NCBI GenBank assembly: GCA_951406725.2
Contig: OX597837.1
Location: forward strand, 42,160,001-42,224,000
From: Octopus vulgaris
Lineage: Eukaryota
DNA: 64,000 bases
Direction of reading: 5' to 3'
Shown here: one piece after another, positions 13,302-26,447 of the stretch
Numbering within the stretch: position 1 is the first letter of the stretch
How the letters are laid out: each line of letters opens with the position of its first letter
Position numbers and translations under genes: made by a program
Notes under the pieces: generated by a model
Databases searched by the model: none
The model's input: only the letters and a program-made list of their open reading frames with translations
What the model was told of the DNA's origin: nothing

Positions 13302-13759
13302 TACAAAGCACACAGACATATTTATATGTACTCGTGCACATAGTCATAAATGTATACACACATATGGATGCTTAAATGTGTGTGTGTATATATATACACA
13401 TATGTGTGTATGTATGTACACATATTCACAAGCACACACACACACACACACACACACATCTATATTCGTACACATGTAACAAGAATTGTTAAAGATGTTG
13501 TCAACTGCCAGCAAGCTCAATTGACAATTCAGTTCTGATTCTCCACTGAACCCGTCTACTCCCTATTCACACCAGAAAGGCTGAGTACATCAACCGTTTA
13601 CTCTCCACTTAAGCCACAAATATTCACCAAAAAGACTTGAGTACAACAGCCAGTCACAACTCCCATGTCCACTCACTGCTTTTAGGATTCAAGACATTTT
13701 AATAAAAGTCAATGGAAAACTATTCTTACCAGTAAACTATTGGGCTGTTATATATATAT

Positions 13760-13975
13760 AGAAATGTGACCGCGTGTGTACCGTTGGCGATTTTTTTTTC
13801 CTCTGTCTTCCCTTCTCTGGATTTTTTCCTTCTCCTATGTTTCCGATGAAGAGCTCCGCTCCAAACGTTAAACCCTCCTTCTTCCCTTCCTTCCTGAGTG
13901 TCCAATAATACTATAATTGTTCCACGTCCTCGCATTGTTGGGTTTTCTCTTTGTGTTTTCATGTTTGGATTAACT
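13760..13975 (+). mobile_element. (TA)n-embedded Penelope-like terminal repeat with degenerate hammerhead (13839-13873)
   Basis: gttt-CcGATGA-a-gagc-tcc-gctc-cAAA-cgtt-aaac. Stems I and II are intact, two core positions are mutated, and TA runs lie on both sides. Confidence 0.6.
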
Positions 13976-15688
13976 ATATATATATATATATTCACCCATT
14001 TTTTAAAACATTTATTTTAATCTTTTTTTTCATGTAATTAATTGAATTAACATGAAATATATTTTAATAAGGTTTTATGGTACTTTGTAGCTTGCCAGAG
14101 CGGCTAACTGGCTTCCGTGCTGGTAGCATGTAAGAGGCACCATTCGAGCGTGATCGTTACCAGTGTCACCTTACTGGCACCTGTGCTGGTGGCATGTGTA
14201 AAAAGATTCGAGTGAGGTTGTTGCCAGTACCGTCTGACTGGCCCCCATGCCCATGGCACATAAAAAGCACCCTCTACACTCACGAAGTGGTTGGCGTTAG
14301 GAAGGACATCCAGCTGTAGAAACTCTCCCAGATCATATAGAGTCATCAAAACACCTCCAGTGGTTTTGAACTTATAACCTATATACTGGAAGTCCTATGC
14401 CTAATCCACAAAATTATTTATTTCTAAACACACACATATACACAAACCAACAGATGTGCATGTACATCCATGTATGCACCTACACACAGAGAGATATATA
14501 TGCACACATGTCCGCAAACCCCGCAAATACATGTACATGCATGTGCTCACACACATAGAAATGGCAAGCCACAGCCTGTTTTTTGCAAACGATCAAGATA
14601 AGAAGCCAGGCAAACTTCCATGCACCAAAGAGATAGATTTTTTTTTCAACAAGTGAATGCTTCACACACACACACAAAGACACACACACACACACACACA
14701 CACAAACGCACACACACACAAACACATACACAAAGACACACACATACACACACACACATACACAAAGACACACACATACACACACACACACAAACACACA
14801 CACAAAGACACACTCACTCTCTCTCTTTATCTCTCTCCTTTGCATCAATATTTCTGCAATAATCATCTTCTGTGATCACAAGATAAATTCAGACAGAATA
14901 AAATAAGTGGGGTGGAGGGATGGGGGGAGATGAGAAGCAAAAGAAGAAAATAAGAAAAAAATTTTTTTTAAAGCGGTGGGAAAAAAAAGAGAAATGGAAG
15001 AGAGAGCCTAAAGAAACAGAGAGAAGTGATTATCTTACAGATATTTCATTTTTAATAACCGGTCTGAATCGTGGAACAAGGATGAAACCAACAGTTAGGA
15101 AAGCATTGTTAGAAAGTCTTAGAACCGAATATGGCAGCTAAGCTACCAGTCTTAATAATGCCAATTTTTGTCTTCGTTTTTCTTTTTGTTTTTGCATAAA
15201 GAAATGGTGGGAATAAGGCTGGGGGAGAGAGAAAAAGAAAAATACAATCTATGAAATTCAAACCCAAAATATTTTGCCTCGGTTTTAATGTGTATGTGTT
15301 TTATGTTTGCTGTTTTACAGTCATTTTACCATGCTGGCATGGGTTAGGAAAATTTATTACTGAGACACATTGTTTTACAGCCAGGCACCCATCCTGTTTT
15401 GTTACTCCTTCTGTTTTCTTTCTTTTTTAAATAAGGGATATCTTATTTTGTATGTCTTTGAAGGTATGACGTGAGCAGGTTGTTTGTTGACAGAGGTGAC
15501 TATGACAATACTGCTTGCAACAAACAGGTTTTGTAGATTCCTAATGTAGACACATACACACACATGGCAAAGAAAGGTAAATATGTAAATATGTAAATGG
15601 AGAGAGAGAGACAGAGAGAAAAGGATGGAGTTCTTAGGAGGGAAGGCATAATAACATATTTATTATGGGATTTGGGACATGACATTAA

Positions 15689-15910
15689 CCCTTTCGTTAC
15701 CAACCCGGCTGAAACCGGCTCTGGTTCTGTAGTACAAATGTCTTGTTTTCATAAGTTTTGTATTAAAATCTTTCACCAAACCTAAGTCACAATTAATGTT
15801 CCTAACATTAGCTTAATTGATAACTAAATTATTTTACTAAATTCTTTGTTATATTTAAAATAATTGAGAGAAACACAGAGCATCTCAAAATAAATACAGT
15901 AACAAAAGGG
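15689..15910 (+). mobile_element. piggyBac-like MITE family 1
   Basis: TTAA|ccctttcgttac...gtaacaaaaggg|TTAA. Confidence 0.85.
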
Positions 15911-16293
15911 TTAAGTGATAGGTCATGGGTGAAAAGGAAAACAAGTTTAACTTTTCTGCTGAAAGTAGGAGTGCAAATAATTTTTAAGACAATCCAGAAG
16001 CATAACCATCATTGTCCTAATGTCTACTTCTCTGTGCTTACATGGGCTGGATGGAGTTTACTGAAGTAGATTTTCAACAAGCTGGATGCCATTCCTGTCA
16101 CCAACCCACCTGTTCCCAAGCAGAAGGTAATATTTCCCTATTGTTAGACATTGTTTTCGCAGAATACTGCAAATGAACGACACAGTTTGTATGACAGTGA
16201 CACCCACTTAGAACTATCAAATGTCAAAACAAGAAAACATAAACACATACGTACATTTTTGCAAAAAATACTTGATACAGTCACAATAGTTCA

Positions 16294-16517
16294 CCCTTTT
16301 AGCATTCAAATTACTTTGTCAAATGTAATGCTTGTTTGCTCACATTGTTTTGAATTAATCATGCATTATCTTGTAGCTTTGCAATTTCAGTGATGTGATA
16401 GTTTAGTTTTAGAATGTCATTGTGGGGTAGGTGTGAGTGGCCAAATCTGGTCAGTTTGAGCATAAAGCAAGTAGAATACTTTGGGCCAGATATGGTTAGT
16501 TTAAATGCCAAAAGGGC
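16294..16517 (+). mobile_element. piggyBac-like MITE family 2
   Basis: cccttttagcattcaaattac...tttaaatgccaaaaggg; related copies at about 24980-25199 and, interrupted, at about 45397-46258. Confidence 0.7.
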
Positions 16518-16647
16518 TAAAAAAAGAATTTCTCAGAAGTTATTAACTATTTAAAAAACATTTTTGTCTTCTTTCAGTTTCCATCTATCGTATCTAATCG
16601 AAATGGTTGACATGGGACTAAAGTAAAAGACACTTGCCCAAGGTACC

Positions 16648-17046
16648 TATTTCTTTACTACCCACAAGGGGCTAAACACAGAGGGGACAAACAAGGACAG
16701 AAAGTCGATCATATCAACCCCAGTGCGTAACTGGTACTTCATTTTTCGACCCCGAAAGGATGAAAAGCAAAGTCGACTTCGGCAGAATTTTAACTAAGAA
16801 TGTAACGGCAGACAAAATACCTATTTCTTTACTACCCACAAGGGGCTCAACACAGAGGGGACAAACAAGGACAGACAAACGGATTAAGTCGCTCACATCG
16901 ACCCCAGTGCGTAACTGGTACTTAATTTATCGACCCCGAAAGGACGAAAGGCAAAGTCGACCTCGGCGGAATTTGAACTAAGAACGTCACGGCAGACGAA
17001 ATACGGCCACGCATTTCGCCCGGCATGCTAACGATTCTGCCAGCTC
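16648..17046 (-). mobile_element. SINE A dimer nested in a SINE B copy
   Basis: Two tandem A bodies flanked by TSD gcccaaggtacc, followed by a ~45-bp duplication of the junction. Confidence 0.85.
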
Positions 17047-17661
17047 GCCCAAGGTACCATGCAGTGGGAAATAAACGCGTCTGCCAGCTCACCCAAGGTA
17101 CCATGCAGTGGGAAATGAACCTGAAACCATGTGGTTGGGAAGCAGATATCTTAACCAAACAGCCATATCTATCAATATCCAAATTGCACAGCTAGTGGTT
17201 AATTTTGAAACGATAACATTTGAAGCAGAACTTGTAAACTTTAACCAGCCAGCCATTTATATTTGCATTGACTGTCAGTGGCATTTATAACAATGGCAAC
17301 AACCAGCATCCTAGAACACAGATGATAGCCTGCATCAACAACATAAATAATAAATCCACCAGTCTCCATCAAAGGACACAGTCCAAAACAACAATTTTTT
17401 TTCATTGTTCGTAGCAACTAAACTTATTGACATCTAGAAACGCTGTTACATTCATAACAACAGATCTAAGCTGATGCATTTTGTGAACATATACCTGTGG
17501 TCTGCTACAGCATGAAAATGTTTTAGAATACTTAAATATGAAAGGCTGTAGATATTTGCTAAAGCAGCTGGTGTAAACAGCACAAGCAGTGGTGGTCCAG
17601 GGGTAATGTTCAAATTTTTGGTCATGAGTTCTATCCCAGCTGTGTTTTTAGTTAAAATACC

Positions 17662-17848
17662 TATTTCTTTACTACCCACAAGGGGGTAAACACAGATAGG
17701 ACAAACAAGGACAGACAAACGGATTAAGTCGATCACATGGACTCCAGTGCGTAACTGGTACTTAATTCATCGACCCCGAAAGGATGAAAGGCAAAGTCGA
17801 CCTCGGCGGAATTTGAACTCAGAACGTAACAGCAGACAAAATACCACT
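17662..17848 (-). mobile_element. SINE A, 5'-truncated
   Basis: TSD agttaaaatacc on both sides. Confidence 0.85.
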
Positions 17849-18957
17849 AAGTTAAAATACCATTATTGTTGATGTCTTCATCTGCAAGATCAACTAAGAA
17901 GCCACTACATAGTCACAAGATCACCTAGAAATAGCAGTTAAAAATCTCCTTTAAATCATCTTGCCAGCATAAAAGAGGTAGGAGCAATGGACAATGTTGT
18001 CCTAATTACACAAAAAGATGAGATGGTCACAGTTGGAAGCCCTCTGAAGACTGGCTTATTCTGTCAGGGTTTATCAGGAGGAGGAGGAGAGGAAGAGACA
18101 CTGCTGTTGTCACTTCGTTCATACTTTCAGATGAGAGTACTTTAGCATGTAGATACATCTGAAATGGCAGGAAAATATTCAGAATTCCAAACAGAAGATT
18201 GAAATGGGGGGGTTCCGAAAAGTGGGAAGATGATGGAACCAGATGACAAACTAGCATCTACGCAAAGAGTACAGGCACGGTCGTGCGATTAACATATTTG
18301 CTTCAGAGTTATGTGGTTCTGGATTGGCACTTTTTCACATCCGTTTTTCTTTTTTTTTTGGGGGGGGGGGTGAAACTTGGTAGATAGGAACTGTGCAAAA
18401 GTCTGTTGTGCATGGATGTGTATACATTCAGGTCTGTGTTTGCACTGGGATTTTCGGAATTTTATACAATTTATTTTCATTTTTGGAATTAATAACAAAT
18501 AAACAAATAATAACATGATTCATATATATATATCAGTTTTAAGTAGATTTAAAAGATAAAATACAAGCACCATGAAATTATTTGTTCATCTTTTCTTTTT
18601 ACTCTCATCCATCCCTCACCAAAATAAAATGAAATTTTATGAAATTCAGAAAAATACCTACTTCCTTATATGGAAAGAGTAGGGGTGGGGAACCCCTGCA
18701 AAAATTGTTTTTTTTTTTTTGACAAAGGAATTTTAGCCTTGCTCTGAGTCAAGTTGTTTGCATGTGAAGATGTTTGTGATCACAACTGACTAGACTGTGA
18801 GAATTTGTTGCTGACCTTAACTGCAGGGTCAGTCCCCTTTAAAAACAAACAGACAAGAATAACACTAAGAAAGAAACAAGAAAATGAATCTAATATCCCT
18901 CCCACTCTCCCATTATGTGTATATATATATATATATATATACATGCACACACAAACA

Positions 18958-19215
18958 CAGTGGCGAACTGGGTCTAAAAATATTGGTTGCCAGGAGACTA
19001 AGGGGGCCCACCCGCAACTACAATGCTATCATTTAATGCTTTTTTTAAAAATTTTTTGTTAAAAGTATTCTTTTCAACTGTCTACAAATACAGCCAGGCT
19101 GAAATAATTAATGCATTCTTCCAGGAGTGAATAAAAAATTATCAAACTTGAGGGGATGAACCCCTTAGACACTAACATGGGCCCCCATATATGGATTCTA
19201 ATGGGGCAGGAGCCC
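18958..19215. mobile_element. hAT-like MITE fragment (CAGTGGCG end)
   Basis: Starts cagtggcgaactggg and has internal ggggccc / gggcccc motifs; the second TIR was not found. Confidence 0.4.
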
Positions 19216-19217
19216 AC

Positions 19218-19513
19218 TTGCAGTCTGGGGATTTAGGTGGTTAAATGTTAGACATTAGGGGTGATGCGGTCGCAAAAATTGTCTGACAGCTATGACTGGG
19301 TTTTCTTGCATGTAGGCACAGTACAGAGTCCTGTTGCCAGACATAGGGTCTTCAAGCAGCCACCTTCTTCACCCAGGGTAACATTACCTCCTCCAGGCAT
19401 TTGATGTAGGCCTCCATGTTGAGTGTGAGGCCATGGTGGGAAGACGAATGGAGGCATAACATTGCCATCACTCCAAACACCATGATGTTGACTGGATGTT
19501 TGATTTTTATCAC
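19218..19513 (-). pseudogene. Tc1/mariner (maT/DD37D-like) transposase catalytic-domain relic
   Basis: Frameshifted translation KHPVNIMVFGV / SDGNVMPPFVFP / HGLTLNMEAYIKCLEEVMLPWVKKVAA*RPYVWQQDS / KTQS*LSDNFCDRITPN / PPKSPDC: the second catalytic D (QQD) and the WPPxSPD motif. Confidence 0.85.
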
Positions 19514-20253
19514 TCTTGCTACATGTCCTCAGATTGCAATGTCCTCAGATTGACACCCAAACATTCTGAAATATGCTTGTTCATCACCACTTTTTTACAA
19601 CTGGTTTGTTTACGCCCTCATAACTTAGCAGCTCAGGCAACAGAGACTGATAAGTTCCACATTTAGAAACAAAATTACTGGGGTTGATTTGTTTCAATAA
19701 AAACCTTCATGGTGTGCCCCAGTATGGCAGCAGTCAAATGAGTGAAACTTATAAAATATAGGATATATAAAGAAATATATATATATATATACATGCACAC
19801 ACACACATCTGTATGAAATTTTATTGACAGAGACTTCAAAGTTTTGCCACTGGCTGGCATCTTCAATTACTGCTGGAACTTCAAAGTCACTGTCGATATA
19901 ATTATAAATATCATCTAACTCTATATTTGTAGTGAGTCATTTTCCATAATTATCGAAACAGATTTTATAACTTTACATTTATAAAAACTCCTTAAACTAT
20001 CACCATATACATACACACACATATATCATGATCCGATCAACAGAACAGCCTGCTCGTGAAATTAATGTGCAAGTGGCTGAGCACTCCACAGACACTCCCT
20101 TGGCATTTTCACCATTGTAAATGCAGTGAACTAATGATTGCCTCAATAGAATGTAGCAACTAAAATGTTATAGTCCAGAAAATGGGATATAAAATTTAAA
20201 AAAAAAAGACAATGAAATAAAGAAATGCTGCAGTATGGCCACAGTTTCATTGT

Positions 20254-20711
20254 GGAGGCACATGGCCTAGTGGTTAGAGCAGCGAACTCGCAGTCGAGGG
20301 ATCGCAGGTTCGAATCTCAGACCGGACAATGTGTGTGTTTATGAGCGAAACAGCTAAGCTCCATATGGCTCCAGCAGAAGGTAATGGCAAAACTTCTGCT
20401 GACTGGAGGCACATGGCCTAGTGGTTAGAGCAGCGGACTCGCTGTCGAGGGATCGCAGGTTCGAATCTCAAACTGGACGATGTGTGTGTTTATTAGCGAA
20501 ACACCTAAGCTCCACGTGGCTCCGGCAGAAGGTAATGGCGAAACTTCTGCTGACTCTTTCGGCACAACTTTCTCTCACTTTTTCCTCCTGCATCTTGCAG
20601 CTCATCTGCGATGGACCGGCGTTCCGTCCAGGTGGAGAACCTATACGCCAAGGAAACCGGGAAACCGGCCCTTATGAGCCAGGCATGGCTCGAGAAGGAA
20701 CAAACAACAAA
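20254..20711 (+). mobile_element. tRNA-derived SINE family E with duplicated 151-bp head
   Basis: Box A TGGCCTAGTGG and box B GGTTCGAATC occur twice (20254, 20405); (AAC)n tail; TSD acagtttcatt. Core ctgcgatggaccggcgttccgtccagg recalls the MetaSINE domain (from memory). A 3' fragment also lies at about 46935-47020 on the minus strand. Confidence 0.85.
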
Positions 20712-21049
20712 ACAGTTTCATTACCGAGATTAATAAAAGCAGTACTGTTGTAAGATTTTCAAAGAGGAAGATAATTGGGAAGTTGTGATGTTTAAGCCTT
20801 TCTCCAAATGATTAATAAATGTTAATGGTAAAAATAGGTCCCCTGATAACTTATTTGCCAAACCACAGCAACTTTTCAAATAATGGTGAGAATAAAGCAA
20901 GAATATAGAACACAGATTTCTAGGAAGGACAAAATGAAAAAAAAAATAATAATAAAAGACACCGAACATAATTGAATGATTTACGCTGCAATACATCCAA
21001 ACTAATACAAAGCAACAACCTAGATAATTACATTTTCATAAACACTCAA

Positions 21050-21545
21050 ACAGGCACACAAACACACATCTGTATACATATATACACACACATACACACA
21101 CACATATACAGATATATAAATACACACACGCACACACATACAGATATATAAATACGTACACACACACTTTATAAACACACATACATAAATACATACACAC
21201 ACATATACACAAACATACATAAATACATGCGCACACACATATATATATATATACACACACCCATATAAACATATGCAAATACACACACACATATACACAC
21301 ATATACAGATATATAAATACATACACACACATACATATAAATACATACACACACATATATATATATACACATCCATATAAACATATGCAAATACACACGT
21401 ATAAACATACACAAATACATACATACATTCACAAACACACACACACACACACATTTAAGCATACACAAATGTACACACATACAGACATATGTAAATATAT
21501 ACATACACACACACGCACACACACACACATACGCATACCCACACA
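21050..21545. repeat. Compound (CA)/(TA) microsatellite with internal higher-order duplications
   Basis: Repeated blocks such as ccatataaacatatgcaaatacac and catacagatatataaatac. Confidence 0.85.
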
Positions 21546-22069
21546 TAGATGAATTCATAGAAACACATATTTATTATATACAAGTAGATAACTGACAGTC
21601 ATTAAGAATTTAACAATAATAATTAGTGCCAAACAATATCAACTCTATCCATAGAACTAGAAATTGTAAAGAGTCCATTCAACAGACCCAAACTTGGAAT
21701 TGTAATAAACATAGACAACAATGTTTGCTAATAGAAAAGGAAGAGAGGGGAAAAAAGATGGGGACAAAATAAAAATATTTCGCAGAAAATTAAATTATGA
21801 AAGTGGTTTTCAAAATATGGTCATTGAATAGTAGCAGCAGGAAAGGAGTGAGACCAAAAATAAAGAATTTCTAATTGAGCTTTAGAATTTTCAAATGTCT
21901 GTGAAGAAAGTGTGTACGAATGAGGGAGGAGGGTCAGGCATGGAGAGAGTGTGTGTGTGTGTGTGTGTGCTTTGCTTACGTGGTTAAGAAGTTTGCTTTG
22001 CGATAATGTAGTTCTTGGTTTAATCCCACAGCGTGGCACCTTAACCCTTTTGCATTCAACTTAAAAGTA

Positions 22070-22560
22070 AAAAGCACTGGAGCTGGTGCCACAGAAAAAG
22101 TACTGGTGATGGAGCCACATAAAAAATACTGGCTGTGGAGCCACATAAAAAGCACTGGTGCTGGCGTCACATAAAAAGTACTGGCGGTGGAGCCACAGAA
22201 AAGGCACTGGTCCCACATAAAACTGTACTGGCAGTGGAGCCACAGAAAAAGCACTGGTGCCACATAAAAAAGTACTGGCGGGGGTGCCACATAAGAAAGT
22301 ACTGGTGGTGGAGCCACAAAAAGGTACTGGTGCTGGTGTCACAAAAAAAGCACTGGTGCTGGTGTCACAAAAAAGTACTGGTGCTGGTGCCACATAAAAA
22401 GTACTGGTGGTGGAGCCACATAAGAAAGTACTGGTGGTGGAGCCACAAAAAGGTACTGGTGATGGTGTCACAAAAAAAGCACTGGTGCTGGTGTCACAAA
22501 AAAAGTACTGGCGGTGGAGCCACATAAAAAGCACTGGTACTGGTGTCATGTTAAAAGCAC
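22070..22560 (+). repeat. Minisatellite, 19 units of ~26 bp (aaaagYactggtgStggWgYcacaWa)
   Basis: Direct count of units; the array runs into a SINE C-like body (aaaagcacccagtaca...gtggttgg). Confidence 0.92.
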
Positions 22561-24220
22561 CCAGTACATGCTGTGAAGTGGTTGGTGTAGAAACCCAACC
22601 AAAACAGATTATGAGACCTGGAGCTCCTGTCAAGCTGTCCAACCTATGCTTCATCCAGTAGGCCACATGGCAAGTGATTAGTGTGCCTGGGCTAGTGTTT
22701 GGGTCTTTTGCTCGTGTATATCATCATCATCATCATCATCCTCCTTTAATGTACATTTTCCATGCTAGCATGGGTTGGACAGTTTGACCACAGCTGGCAA
22801 ACCAGGGAGTTGCACCAGCTTCCAGTCTGATTTGGCTTGGTTTCTATGACAGGATGCCCTTCCTAATGCCAACGACTTAACAGTGTGTGCTGGGTAGTTT
22901 AAACATAGCCTCAACTCAAGCTCTTTTACATGGTACTGGCATGAGCCCTTGTACATGGCACCAACATGAGTGCTTTTATGTGGCACTGGCAGATCAGTAA
23001 AGAAATTAAATATCTGTATGAAACCTGGCAAAAAAAACCAAAAAACAAACAACTACAACTATGCTTTTCGAACAAAGTCCCTTGTTATATTTGTTCTGCA
23101 CTGATTTACATACACTCCCTTATCATTTTTGTTACAAGAGATGCATTGAACAAGTGACTGGCCTACTTGAAAGCTGTAACCCATAAATTCTGTTACAGTT
23201 ATTGGTTACAGGTTTCTATCTAACCAACTGCCATGTATGTATGCATATATACATACATATATATGTGTGTGTGTGTGTACCAGGTAAAATATACTATATA
23301 CATACAACATATATGATATATATATATAACATATGGCATACATATATCTACTAAACATAACACACAATATACATATATACATACACAAACACACATAGTT
23401 ATATATATATATGTGTGTGTGAGAATGTGTGTGTGTGTGTGAAAGAGGGAGAGAGAGAGAACAAGTTTTCTCGGCTCACAAGAGAAATAACCAAAAACGA
23501 AATAATATCTGAACCGACCCTTAAGGCAAGGAGAGATATATTGTATGGCACATCCTTCTAATTCCAAAACTATAAATATTACATTTGTGAAGCTGTCAAG
23601 ATATTTTATAGTTTAAAGGTCTCTACTGTAAAGAAATTACTATTATTCTGATATTTTACACAAGTTATCAACCTCAGACACATCACCACAACCATTACCA
23701 CCCTAAGATGCCCCGAGCCAAAGGGCTGAAAACTAGTCCAAAAATAGATTATAATATATCTTAGCAAATGAAAAAGTGCACTCATCACTCACAAGAGCTC
23801 ACCTAAATCCATCACATCTTCAATTTCAATTCGAGACACTACAGCTTCCTGTCAGACAGTTAAATATGTTATGTAAATTAAAGAAGATCGTGGTTTTCCT
23901 AAAAGAAGTGCGTTGGAGAGTCAAAACACTCTTTTTCTCATGATTAACAGCAAATGGGATATTCGAAAATAGACAATTATAAATAACGCACGCATATTTC
24001 AACCTAGGATGAGATTAAGTGAAATATTTCGTATATGTGGAGCCATCAAATTAGTCTTCACTAACAGACACTATTTTATCAATCAAAAATAGATATATCC
24101 TTACTAATCTTATTGTTTTATACTTTGTCTAAAAGTACTGGGAAACAAGCAATCTGATGTGTTGTATTCACATACACATCTATATAATGTAGTGCCATTC
24201 AGAGACTACTGAATGCATAT

Positions 24221-24264
<44 letters not shown>

Positions 24265-25848
24265 AGCTTGCTTCCCGACCATATGGTTCTGGGTTCAGTT
24301 TCATGTGTGGCACTTTGGGCAAATATCTTCTACTATAACCACAGACTGACCAAAGCCTTGTGAGTGGATTTGGTACACGGAAACTGAAAGAAACCTGTTG
24401 TATGTATAAATATTTTAATTAATTTTATTTCTGTTTTGGCTTATGTTTTTCACAGTTTGATTTGACTAATAGTGGTTTTATCTCTAATTTAATTTATATA
24501 TATATATTATATCATCATGATCATCATCATCGTTTAATGTCCGTTTTCCATGGTGGCATGGGTTGGATGGTTCAACTGGGGTCTGGGAAGCCAGGAGGCT
24601 GCATTAGGCCCCAATATATATATATATATATGCATATATTTATGTGTGTGTGTCTTTGCGTCTGTATTTGTCCCCCCACTGCATCACTTGACAACTGAAG
24701 TTGGTGTGTTTACATCCTTGTAAGTTAGCAGTCTGGCAAAAGAGACAAACAGAAAAAGTACTAGGCTTACAAAAGAACAAGTCCTGGGGTCAATTTCTTT
24801 GACTAAAATTCTGGCTGCAGTCACAAGACAAGTAAGTAAAAGAATATAAGGATACTACACACACACACACACACACGCACAAATATGTGCTAGTCAAGAA
24901 AGAGAGTGAGAATTTTGGGCTGTACATCAATGTCAAGAAAGCGAAGATCATGCATACCTGGGTATATTATTTCCCTAAACCCTTCAGTGTTCAGATTGCT
25001 CCGTTAAATGTAATACTTTTTCACTGAAATTGTTTTTAATTAGTCATGCATTATCTTATAGCATTGAGGTTTCAATGATGTGATTGTTCATTTTTAGAAT
25101 GACATTGTAGGTTAGGTACGAGAGGCCTGATCTGGTCAGTTTGAATATAAAGCATGTAGAATATCTGGGCTGGATATGGCCAGTTTAAACACTAAAGGGT
25201 TAATAGTAATAGCATACCTAAAAATTTCATAATGAATAAGATGCAAAAAAGTTAGAGAAAAACTTTTGTTGTGATGTTTGTATAGATATGTCTTTTGCTA
25301 ATTGTGTTTATTTTATTACCAACATCTTTTTTCGTCATCATATTTTAGTGTATATAATTTAGAGTTACTTTATAATTACTTAATTATATGCAAACGACAT
25401 TATTAATAGCACCAATGAATGTTTGCATAAAAAGCAAACACACAAAAAAACAGTCTTTTCTACCAGACTGCAAGTTCTTACACGAATATGACCACAAGTA
25501 AATAAACTATAAAACATTTGAACAAAGAAGACTAAGCGTTTAACTTAGAAGATTTTCCACAGGATATTCACAGTTAAAAATTACATAAATATGCCACATG
25601 CTGCCTGTACGGGATTCAAACCAAGTCAACAAGCACAAAAGGGGATTTAAACTTCCATTGAAGAGTGTTTATGTGCACTCTGGGGGGTGAACAATACATG
25701 TGTTTATGTGCATTCTAGGAGGTCTAGCTTCTTATTGAATGGAGATGGGTAATGGAGTGATATATAGTGAGATAGATGTGTGTATGTATGTGTGTGTGTG
25801 TGTGTATTCCATGTCTAGCGTCAGATATGGCCTGTATGAACATCAGAA

Positions 25849-26447
25849 GGTGGCGAGCTGGCAGAATTGTTAGCATGCTGGGCGAAATACGAAATGCGTA
25901 GCCGTATTTCGTCTGCCGCTACGTTCTGAGTTCAAATTCCGCCGAGGTCAACTTTGCCTTTCATCCTTTCGGGAACGATTAAATAAGTACCAGTTACGCA
26001 CTGGGATCGATGTAATCGACTTAATCCCTTTGTCTGTCCTTGTTTGTCCCCTCTATGTGGGCAATAAAGAAATAAGAAACTACATCATGTAAACACACAC
26101 ACACTCTCTCTCTTTCTCTCTCTCTCTAATGGCCTCTGTTCCTCAGAGCCGACTGATCTCACACTTCTCCTTCACTCAGGTATTTCTGATCCACCTATTG
26201 CACTCCTATTCCAACACCCACACACCTTTCCCTTCAGTAACGACCATATCCAATCCCTTGAGGGTAGTAAAGAAATAGGTATTTCGTCTACTGCTACGTT
26301 CTGAGTTCAAATTCCGCCGAGGTCGACTTTGCCTTTCATCCTTTCAGGGTTGATTAAATAAGTACCAGTTACACACTGGGGTCAATATAACCGACTTAAT
26401 CCGTTTGTCTGTCCTTGTTTCTCCCTTGTGGGCAGTAAAGAAATATA
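25849..26447 (+). mobile_element. Chimeric SINE A insertion (monomer + captured 183 bp + monomer)
   Basis: Bounded by 15-bp TSD tatgaacatcagaag (25835-25849, 26448-26462); 26077-26259 matches 37877-38046. Confidence 0.85.

Noticed and set aside
18743-18794. Short hairpin containing TGACTAGA (miR-279 seed)
   Set aside because: About 18 bp with three bulges, and the seed sits at the base of the 3' arm, the wrong position for a mature miRNA.
20254-20330. tRNA gene
   Set aside because: Box A/B are present but there is no acceptor stem, and the sequence continues into a SINE body with tail and TSD.
22061-22666. 201-aa ORF and CRISPR-like appearance of the array
   Set aside because: Product of a 26-bp tandem repeat; no unique spacers, no cas genes, eukaryotic context.
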